From an uncultured Candidatus Binatia bacterium (GTDB taxonomy: Bacteria > Desulfobacterota > Binatia > HRBIN30 > JACQVA1), in contig CAZYMF010000004.1 of NCBI GenBank assembly GCA_964648215.1, positions 7,827 through 71,826 on the forward strand: a DNA stretch of 64,000 nt, in the 5' to 3' direction. The position numbers were made by a program, and so were the translations under genes. The notes beneath the pieces were generated by a model that saw only the letters and a program-made list of their open reading frames with translations, made no database searches and was not told the DNA's origin. Of the stretch, positions 7,905 through 15,089 are shown piece by piece. Each line of letters opens with the position of its first letter. The first letter of the stretch is position 1.

Positions 7905-9036
7905 GGAGGGCTTCGCACTCGCCCACGATCCGTGCCGCGGCATCGACGGTTGCCCACTGCCGCAAGCGGCGCGAGGCGGCGGTCCAGCCGGCGGTGTCGC
8001 GCAGCAGCGAGACGAGGCGCGAGGCCAGCGCCTCCACCCGCCACTGCTCCTCGCGCACCCACCAGCCACCGGCCTCGTTGGCCCAGGTCGAAGCGTTCGG
8101 CGTCTGGTGGTCGTCGGCGGCCGACGGCAGCGGTACCAGCAGCGCCGGCAGACCGGCGACGGCGAGCTCGGCGATCGTCGCCGCGCCGGCACGGGCGAGG
8201 GCGAAGTCGGCCCAGCGATAGGCGCCGGCCATGTCGTCGAAGTATCGCTCCACCTGCGCCGCGATGCCCGCCCCGGCGTAGGCGGCAACGACGGGAGCCG
8301 GATCGTTCTCGCCGACCTGATGGCGGACCTCGACCGCGAGGCGACGAGCGGCCAGCTGCCGCGCGAGCTCGGGTGCCTGCCGGTTGAAGAAGCGCGCCCC
8401 CTGTGAGCCGCCGGTGATCAGGAGGTGCGCGGCTCTCTGCGACGGGTGCGGCGACTGGCGCGGCTCGTGGTACAGGGCGGCGATCTCCGGGCGCACCGGG
8501 TTCCCGGTGATGCGCCGGTGCGCCGCGGGGAGCTCGCGGCCGGCGGAGGCGAAGCCGAGGTAGACGCGATCGACGAGGCGGGCGAGCCACTTGTTGGTCA
8601 GCCCCGGCACCACGTTGGCCTCGTGGATCGCGCTGGGGATCCCGAGCAGGCGCGCCGCCAGCAGCGGGCCCGCCGAGGTGTAACCGCCGAAGCCGAGCAC
8701 GAGATGCGTCCCTTGCCGCCGGAACAGACGGCCCGCCTGGGCCGTTGCGGCGATCACGCCGGCGACGGCGCGCGCCTTTCCGGCCAGGCTCGCCCCGAAC
8801 AACGGTGCGCCCGCTACCTGCTCCAGCCGATAGCCGTGCCGCGGCACCAGGCGCGACTCGTATCCGGCGCGGGTACCGAGAAACAGCACGTCGACGTCCG
8901 GTCGGGCTTGGCGATAGGCGGCGGCGACGGCGAGGGCCGGGGAGACGTGCCCGGCGGTGCCGCCGCCGATCATGGCCACCCGCCGCGACGCGGCGGCCGC
9001 GGAAGAGGTGGGCTCGGGATCGGAGTGCGGCGGCAT
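7825..9036 (-). CDS. murG: MurG-like GT28 UDP-GlcNAc transferase (paralog-like context, outside any dcw cluster)
   Basis: This is the C-terminal 403 codons of the 813-aa track ORF. MIGGGTAGHVSPALAVAAAY, GFGGYTSAGPLLAARLLGIPSAIHEAN, LLITGGSQGA and ARAGAATIAELAVAGLPALLVPLP are classical MurG motifs. Start ATG at 9036 (or the inner ATG near 8973). The upstream part of the track ORF is antisense to the next gene. Confidence 0.85.
   Translation of the reverse strand: MPPHSDPEPTSSAAAASRRVAMIGGGTAGHVSPALAVAAAYRQARPDVDVLFLGTRAGYESRLVPRHGYRLEQVAGAPLFGASLAGKARAVAGVIAATAQAGRLFRRQGTHLVLGFGGYTSAGPLLAARLLGIPSAIHEANVVPGLTNKWLARLVDRVYLGFASAGRELPAAHRRITGNPVRPEIAALYHEPRQSPHPSQRAAHLLITGGSQGARFFNRQAPELARQLAARRLAVEVRHQVGENDPAPVVAAYAGAGIAAQVERYFDDMAGAYRWADFALARAGAATIAELAVAGLPALLVPLPSAADDHQTPNASTWANEAGGWWVREEQWRVEALASRLVSLLRDTAGWTAASRRLRQWATVDAAARIVGECEALLSRGAGHRTDRTDPSDQSDRSDRSDP
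7831..7886. repeat. 9-bp tandem repeat (ATCGGWCCG x6) forming a perfect long hairpin at convergent gene ends
   Basis: Units ATCGGACCG ATCGGACCG ATCCGACTG ATCGGACGG ATCGGTCCG ATCGGTCCG. Positions 7831-7851 are the exact reverse complement of 7866-7886 (21 bp), extendable by 2 bp inward. It lies inside both the STT3 ORF (stop 7902-7904) and the murG-like ORF (stop 7827-7825). Confidence 0.9.
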
Positions 9037-9150
9037 CGGCGTGCGACTGTAACGGGGCGCCGGGGGGCGAGGCAATCGCCCCGCGCCGGCGCACGCCGTT
9101 CGGCACCGGCGCCGTTCTCGTGTATAGGCGGCGTGGCGCTGTCCTTTCCC

Positions 9151-10224
9151 ATGTGGACTTACGGTCTCCTTTGCGGCACGGCGGCTGCGGTGGCGTTTCT
9201 CCTCACACCGGCGGTGCGCCTGCTGGCGTTGCATTTCGGCGCCGTCGACGAGCCCGGCGGCCGGCGGGCGCACCGCGGGCGGATCCCGCGCCTGGGCGGC
9301 CTGGCCGTGTTGGGTGCCGGCCTCCTCGGGCTGTTGTTGCCGTGGCTGGGCGGGGTGCCGGTGTTCGCCGCGCTGATCGCCCGCGGCTGGAGGCTGGGCT
9401 GGTTCTTGGCGGGAACGCTGCTGATCACCGCTGTCGGCGTTTTCGACGACTGCCGCGAGGCGACGCCGTGGCCCAAGCTCGCGTTCGAGACGCTGGCGGC
9501 GGTGGTCGCGGTCGCCGGCGGCTTCGGCTTCTCCGCCGTGTCGAATCCGTTCACCGGCGGCTCCATCGAGCTCGGCGCGCTGGGAGCCTTGCTCTCCGTG
9601 CTGTGGATCGTCGGCATCACCAACGCCTTCAACCTCATCGACGGACTGGACGGTCTGGCGGCCGGCGTTGCCCTGATCGCCGCGGCGACCATCTTCGTGC
9701 TCGCGGGGGTGCAGGCGCGCCCGGACGCGGCCGTGCTCACCGCCGTGCTCGCCGGCGCGCTGCTCGGCTTTCTGCGCTACAACTTTCATCCCGCCTCGAT
9801 CTTCCTTGGCGACTCCGGCAGCTTGTTGCTCGGCTACGTGCTCTCGGTGCTGTCCATCCAAGGGCAGCAAAAGGTCCCGACCGTCGTCGTCCTGCTGGTG
9901 CCGATCCTGGTGCTCGCCCTGCCGATCGTGGAGACCGTGGTCACCGTCGTGCGCCGCTACGGTCGCGAGGGCGCGGCGGGTCTCTTCCACGCCGATCGTG
10001 AGCACATCCACCACCGCCTGGTGATGCGGGGCATGGCGCCGCGGCGCGCGGTGTTGCTGCTCTACGGTATCTGCAGCGGCCTCGGCCTGCTGGCGGTGCT
10101 CGCCGTGGTCGCCGGCGGACCGGGCAGCGCGGTGCTCGTGCTGGTCGCCGCCCTCGCCGGCTATTTCGGGCTGCGCCGTCTGGGGTACGGCTTCGTGCGC
10201 GGCGGAACCCTGACCCATGACTGA
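9151..10224 (+). CDS. Polyprenyl-phosphate GlcNAc-1-phosphate transferase (WecA/MraY PNPT family)
   Basis: Starts at ATG 9151 (MWTYGLLCG). About 10 TM segments; VFDDCRE acidic motif; NAFNLIDGLDGLAAG; FLGDSGSLLLGY; HIHHRLV. Divergent from the murG-like gene. Confidence 0.85.
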   Translation: MWTYGLLCGTAAAVAFLLTPAVRLLALHFGAVDEPGGRRAHRGRIPRLGGLAVLGAGLLGLLLPWLGGVPVFAALIARGWRLGWFLAGTLLITAVGVFDDCREATPWPKLAFETLAAVVAVAGGFGFSAVSNPFTGGSIELGALGALLSVLWIVGITNAFNLIDGLDGLAAGVALIAAATIFVLAGVQARPDAAVLTAVLAGALLGFLRYNFHPASIFLGDSGSLLLGYVLSVLSIQGQQKVPTVVVLLVPILVLALPIVETVVTVVRRYGREGAAGLFHADREHIHHRLVMRGMAPRRAVLLLYGICSGLGLLAVLAVVAGGPGSAVLVLVAALAGYFGLRRLGYGFVRGGTLTHD

Positions 10225-10963
10225 AGCGTCACCCGGGCCCTCGTCGCCCACGGCGGGCTCGACCACACTGGTCCTGCTGTCCTACGACGAGCGCGAGGCC
10301 CTCGAGCGGCTCCTGCCGCTGATCCCCCTCCACCTCTTCGAGCGGGTCGTCGCCATCGACCCGGGCTCGACCGACGGCACGTTGGCTCTGTACGAGGCGC
10401 GCGGGATTCCGTGCGTGATTCAACCCGCGCGCGGGCGCGGCAATGCGTTCTTGCTGGCGGCGGAGATCGTCGACAGCGAGCGGGTGGTCTTCTTCAGCGC
10501 CGACGGCAACGAGAACCCGGAAGATCTGCCCCTGCTGCTCCGCTATCTCGACGAGGGCAACGACCTGGTCATCGGCGGCCGCTTCCTCCGCCCCGGATCG
10601 TGCAGCGACAACAGCGACGACCCCTGGCGGTTGCGCCGCGCCGGCTCGATCGGCTTCAGCCTGGTCGTCCGGCTGCTGTGGGGCTGCGACGTGTGGGACT
10701 CGTGCAACGGCTTTCGCGGCTTCCGCGTCGAGGCCATGCGGCGCCTGCGTCTGGACGCGCCGTTGCACGAGATCGAGCTGCAGAGCACCATCCGCGCCGC
10801 CAAGCTGGGCATGAAGATCAAGGAGTTCCCGACCCGCGAGCTGCGGCGGATGGGCGGCTGGCGCAAGCCGACCGCCGGGACCTGGACCCTGGGTTGGAGG
10901 ACGGCTCTCTATCTCGTGCGCGAGATCCTCATCGGCCGGCGCTTCGATGGCTCGCCGCGCTGA
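10217..10963 (+). CDS. Small GT2 glycosyltransferase, polyprenyl-phosphate sugar synthase-like (Dpm1/ArnC-like size and layout)
   Basis: LVLLSYDEREALERLLPLI, AIDPGSTDGT, FFSADGNENPEDLP, NGFRGFR. 248 aa and soluble. Its start overlaps the preceding stop by 8 nt and its end overlaps the next start. Confidence 0.75.
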   Translation: MTEASPGPSSPTAGSTTLVLLSYDEREALERLLPLIPLHLFERVVAIDPGSTDGTLALYEARGIPCVIQPARGRGNAFLLAAEIVDSERVVFFSADGNENPEDLPLLLRYLDEGNDLVIGGRFLRPGSCSDNSDDPWRLRRAGSIGFSLVVRLLWGCDVWDSCNGFRGFRVEAMRRLRLDAPLHEIELQSTIRAAKLGMKIKEFPTRELRRMGGWRKPTAGTWTLGWRTALYLVREILIGRRFDGSPR

Positions 10964-12422
10964 CCCCCCGGCCGCGCCCGCCGCCGTCCGCGGCTGGAAG
11001 CGGCACCTGCCCGTCCTGCTGCTGTGTCTGTTCTTCGTCGGGCTCTACGCCACGACGTTGCGGTCGCTGGGGATGCTGGGATGGGACGAGTCGGAGTACG
11101 CCTCGCTGGGCCGCTCGGTGCTGCGGGGCGAGGGATTCTCGATCAGCGGGCGGCCCAACTCGCTGCGCCCGCCGCTGCTGCCGCTGGCGGTGACGGCGAG
11201 CTTGCTGGTGACCGGCAGCGCCAGCGACGTCGCCGCGAAGCTGCCCAACCTCTCCTTCAGCGCGCTCGCCCTCCTGGTCGTCTACGCGGCGATGGCGCGC
11301 GAGCGGGACCGCCTCACCGCCTGGATCGCCACCGCCTTTCTCGGGCTGATGCCGACGTTCTGGCTCTTCACCCCCAGGTTGCTGACCGAGATTCCGTTCA
11401 TGGCGTTCTTCACCGCCGCGATCGCGTGCTTCTATTTCGGCCTCTACCGTGACGGGCGTTTCTTCTATGTCAGCTGGATCTCCGTCGCGCTGGCGTTGCT
11501 GAGCCGCTACACGGCGGTGCTGTTCGGGCCCATCGCGCTGGCTTTCACGCTGATGGCGCTTGCCGCCGCCGACGCCCGCCAACGGATCCGTGGGCGGCAC
11601 TTCTGGCTCTCCCCCTTCGCCGGCCTGGCGCTGTTGCTGCCCTGGCTGCTGCGCCAGCAGCTCGTCTTCGGCAGCGCCCTGGTCGGGTTTCAGCATGCCT
11701 CCGGGCAGCTGCAGGCGTACCTGCCGGGGGTCTCGATGCCGTGGTACTTCTACCCGGCCCACGTCCCGGGGATGGTCTCGCCGCTGCTGTGCGCGCCGTT
11801 GCTCGTCGGCATCGTCTGGGCGGTGCGGACGCGGGACCGCTTTGCCTTGCACTGCCTCTTCGTGGTCGGGTTCGTCTTGCTGTGGTTCAGCGCCTATCGC
11901 TTCAAGGAGATCCGCATGGCGACGTCGACGTTGCCCTTCCTGGCCATGGTGGCGGCGCTCGGTGTGACGCAGGTCGTTCTGCCGCGGCGGCTGACGGCAC
12001 CCGTGCTCGGCGGGGTCGCCGTCTTCCTGATCGGTGTCTTCGCCTTCTCCTTCGTCAGGACGCACCGATTCTTCTCGCGCGCGGTGACGCTCGGCTATCC
12101 CTCCTTCACCGAAGCGATGCGTGCGGTGCGCGAGCGCACGGCGCCCAACACCGTCCTGATGGGCGCCAGCGTGCCGCAGATCTTCTGGTACGCCGATCGT
12201 CACGTCGTCGATTTCCCCGACGAGAAGGATCTCCCCGGGGCCTTGCGGCGGTGCGACTGGGTGGTCGTGGTCAACTTCGAGCGCGGACAGAAGCCCTATG
12301 CGCGCCAGTTGCTGGCCAAGGTGACCCAGGAGGACGGTGCGCAAGGGAACGCGCTCGTCTCCCGCGATGTGCGTTTCACCACGGTGTTGATTCGCGCCTC
12401 GCTGTTGCGGGAGCGGTTGTAG
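10947..12422 (+). CDS. GT-C fold glycosyltransferase of ArnT/PMT (GT83/GT39) type
   Basis: 491 aa and polytopic. The first periplasmic loop carries LGWDESEYASLGRS (a DE-x-x-Y motif as in ArnT/PMT_2 proteins). The C-terminal soluble region is about 110 aa. Confidence 0.8.
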   Translation: MARRADPPAAPAAVRGWKRHLPVLLLCLFFVGLYATTLRSLGMLGWDESEYASLGRSVLRGEGFSISGRPNSLRPPLLPLAVTASLLVTGSASDVAAKLPNLSFSALALLVVYAAMARERDRLTAWIATAFLGLMPTFWLFTPRLLTEIPFMAFFTAAIACFYFGLYRDGRFFYVSWISVALALLSRYTAVLFGPIALAFTLMALAAADARQRIRGRHFWLSPFAGLALLLPWLLRQQLVFGSALVGFQHASGQLQAYLPGVSMPWYFYPAHVPGMVSPLLCAPLLVGIVWAVRTRDRFALHCLFVVGFVLLWFSAYRFKEIRMATSTLPFLAMVAALGVTQVVLPRRLTAPVLGGVAVFLIGVFAFSFVRTHRFFSRAVTLGYPSFTEAMRAVRERTAPNTVLMGASVPQIFWYADRHVVDFPDEKDLPGALRRCDWVVVVNFERGQKPYARQLLAKVTQEDGAQGNALVSRDVRFTTVLIRASLLRERL

Positions 12423-12443
12423 CCGGCCGCGGCGGTTCCCCTC

Positions 12444-13808
12444 TTGGCGGGGCTGTGCCATAAACCAACGCGATCGCGGAGACGTCCCCGGCATGGCGAT
12501 GACGAAAATCCTGGCGGCGGCCGCGCGGGTTTGAGCGACTTGCCGCGACCGCAGCGAGTGGCCGTCGTCGTGCTCGGTGATCTCGGGCGCAGCCCGCGGA
12601 TGCAGTACCACGCGCAGGCGCTGGCCGGCGCCGGCGTCGAGGTGGATCTGATCGGCTACGAGGGCAGCGAGCTGCCGCGCGAACTGCGCGAGAGCCCGCG
12701 CCTGCGCTGTCATTTGCTGCGCGCGAGCCGGCCGGCGCCGCGCCGGCCGCGGCTGCTCTTCGTCGCCGGCTCCGCCCTGCGCGTGCTGCGGCAATGCGGC
12801 CAACTGCTGTGGGTGCTGCTGTTTCGCATCGACCGACCCAACGTCGTCGTGGTGCAGAATCCGCCGGCGGTGCCGACGCTGTTGCTGGCCGTGCTGGCGG
12901 CGCGGGTGCGCCGGGCCAAGCTGGTGGTCGATTGGCACAATTTCGGGTACGCGATGCTCGCTCTGTCGCTCGACCCGCATCATCCGCTCGTTCGCGTCGC
13001 GCGCTGGTACGAGCGCCGTCTGGCGCGCTTTGCCGACGCGCACCTGTGCGTGTCGCGGGCGATGCAGGCGACGATGCGAACGCAGTGGGGCGTCGCGGCG
13101 GCGGTGCTCTACGATCGACCCGCGGCGCGCTTTCAAGCGGCGTCGGCCGAGGCGCGGCGGGAGCTGCGGCAACGGCTCGCAGAGGCGGTTCCCGAAATGG
13201 TCGTCGCCCGGCCGCCGGCCATCGTCGTCAGCCCGACGAGCTGGACGGCGGACGAGGACTTCGATCTCTTGCTCGACGCCGTTCAACGCTGCGACCGCTT
13301 GCTGTCCGAGCCCGCGCCAGGGTCCGAGCCGGAGCGCGTGGCGCTCCTCGTTCTTCTCACCGGCCGGGGCCCGCTGCGCGCGGCTTACGAGGAACGGATG
13401 CGCCGGATGCCGCTGCGACGGATTCGCCTGCGCGCGCTGTGGCTGAGCCCGCCGGACTATCCGCTGCTGCTGGCGGCCGCCGATCTCGGCCTCTGCCTCC
13501 ACCGCTCGGCCGCGGGAGTAGATCTGCCGATGAAGGTCAGCGACATGTTCGGCGCCGGCTTGCCCGTGTGCGCGTTCGACTACGGGCCCTGTCTCGCCGA
13601 GCTGGTGCACGCGGGCGAAAACGGGCTGCTGTTTTCCTCGGCCGAAGAGCTGGCGCGGCAGCTTTGCCGAGTCGCGGGCGAGCTTCCCGGCGGTGCGTCG
13701 TGGCTGGAGCGGTTGCGGGAGAACGTCCTTGCGCACCGCCAGACGTGGGAGGAAGGTTGGCAGCGGGAGGCCTGGCCGGTGCTCTCCCGGCTGCTGGGGG
13801 CCGAGTAG
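12444..13808 (+). CDS. ALG1-like beta-1,4-mannosyltransferase (GT33)
   Basis: Segment-by-segment resemblance to yeast Alg1 as I recall it: VLGDLGRSPRMQYHA, VQNPPAVPTL, VVDWHNFGY, VLYDRPAARFQ, VSPTSWTADEDFDLLLDA, LTGRGPL, LWLSPPDYPLLLAAADLGLCLHRSAAGVDLPMKVSDMFGAGLPVCA. The true start is uncertain; in-frame TTG 12531, TTG 12540 and GTG 12558 are alternatives. Confidence 0.85.
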   Translation: MAGLCHKPTRSRRRPRHGDDENPGGGRAGLSDLPRPQRVAVVVLGDLGRSPRMQYHAQALAGAGVEVDLIGYEGSELPRELRESPRLRCHLLRASRPAPRRPRLLFVAGSALRVLRQCGQLLWVLLFRIDRPNVVVVQNPPAVPTLLLAVLAARVRRAKLVVDWHNFGYAMLALSLDPHHPLVRVARWYERRLARFADAHLCVSRAMQATMRTQWGVAAAVLYDRPAARFQAASAEARRELRQRLAEAVPEMVVARPPAIVVSPTSWTADEDFDLLLDAVQRCDRLLSEPAPGSEPERVALLVLLTGRGPLRAAYEERMRRMPLRRIRLRALWLSPPDYPLLLAAADLGLCLHRSAAGVDLPMKVSDMFGAGLPVCAFDYGPCLAELVHAGENGLLFSSAEELARQLCRVAGELPGGASWLERLRENVLAHRQTWEEGWQREAWPVLSRLLGAE

Positions 13809-13844
13809 GATTCGACCCGGTCGCCCCACCTTGGTAGAGCTGGC

Positions 13845-15089
13845 ATGGGAAATGGTTCCGAAAGGCAGCGCTTGAAGATCGCCATCCTTCATCCCGACCT
13901 CGGCATCGGCGGCGCCGAGCGGCTGATCGTCGATGCCGCCGTGCAGCTCCAGGCTGCCGGACACCGGGTCACGATCTTCACCAATCACCACGACCCGGCG
14001 CACTGCTTCGCGCCCACCGCCGACGGCACCCTGGAGGTGCGAGTCTTCGGCGCGTCTCTCCCGAGCCACGTCGCGCAGCATCTGCGCGCGCCCTGTGCCG
14101 TGACGAGGATGCTCTACCTCTGCGGGGCGGCGGCCCGCCACGGCCCGTTCGACGTCTTCCTCTGCGACCTGGTGGCGCACGTGATCCCGGCGCTCAAGTG
14201 GCTCGCCCGGACCCCGGTCGTCTTCTACTGTCACTTTCCCGATCAGTTGCTGGTCACGCGCGATCGGTGGCCGTATCGCCTCTATCGCCTGCCCATCGAT
14301 CGTCTCGAGCAATGGGCCACGGGGCACGCCGATCGCGTCCTGGTCAACAGCCGCTTCACCGCGGCGATGTTTGGGAAGGCGTTTCCCCGTTTGCACTGGC
14401 TCACTCCCGACGTTCTCTATCCCGCCACCGGCGACGTCGACGGCTGCGTCGAAACGACCCCGGGGGACGAGCCCATGTTGCTGGCGATCGGGCGCTATGA
14501 TCGTTCCAAGAAGATGGTTCTCGCCGTCGAAGCCCTGGCGCACTTGCGCCAATGCCTGCCCGCGCCCGCGGCGGACAAGGTGCGCCTGGTGATCGCCGGT
14601 CACTACGACGCCGGCTCTCGCGAGAACGTGCTGGCGATGCGGGAGCTGGAGTCGGCCGTGCGCGCCTTCGGGCTGCAGGAGCAGGTGACGCTGCGGCGCT
14701 CGCTGTCGGATGCGGAGCGCATCGATCTCCTGGAGCGCTGCTCGTGCCTCGTCCACACCATGCCCAACGAGCACTTCGGCCTGGTTCCCGTCGAGGCGAT
14801 GGCCGCGGGCAGACCGGTGGTCGCGGTGCGCCGGGGCGGGGTGATGGAGACGGTGCGCCACGGCGAGACGGGCCTGCTGTGCGAGCCCAACCCGGAGGCT
14901 TTTGCCGCGGCCCTGGCGCGCTTGCTGCGCGATCGCGACGAGGCCGCGCGCATGGGGCGGGCGGCGCGGCTGCGTGCTCGGACGCTCTTTTCCCGCGCCG
15001 CCTTCGGCGAGCGTCTCGACGCCATCGTTCGCGAGGTGGCGGCCAAGAAGGCCGGCGCCGAGAGGGGAGCGGCGTGCTCGGCAGCCTGA
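13845..15089 (+). CDS. ALG2-like alpha-1,3/1,6-mannosyltransferase (GT4)
   Basis: [82 protein letters not shown] and [19 protein letters not shown] match the Alg2 pattern ([21 protein letters not shown] ... [10 protein letters not shown]) from memory. Confidence 0.85.
   Translation: [414 protein letters not shown]

Noticed and set aside
9037-10266. Upstream 410 codons of the 813-aa ORF 7825..10266(-)
   Set aside because: Only the C-terminal 403 codons look like MurG. The upstream part is antisense to the PNPT gene and is H/R/Q/E/G-rich junk, and a clean ATG at 9036 begins the MurG domain.
10929-14861. 1310-aa minus-strand ORF, the longest in the track
   Set aside because: It is antisense to four well-supported + strand genes (GT-C, ALG1-like, ALG2-like and part of GT2). 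The sequence is R/P/G/A/Q-rich low complexity. The same reasoning rejects 4767..6242(-), 6510..8288(-), 14603..16732(-), 20053..21762(-), 22597..24825(-), 24539..26608(-), 32595..35036(+), 38842..40812(-), 41598..43781(-) and the many 60-400 aa Arg/Pro-rich ORFs.
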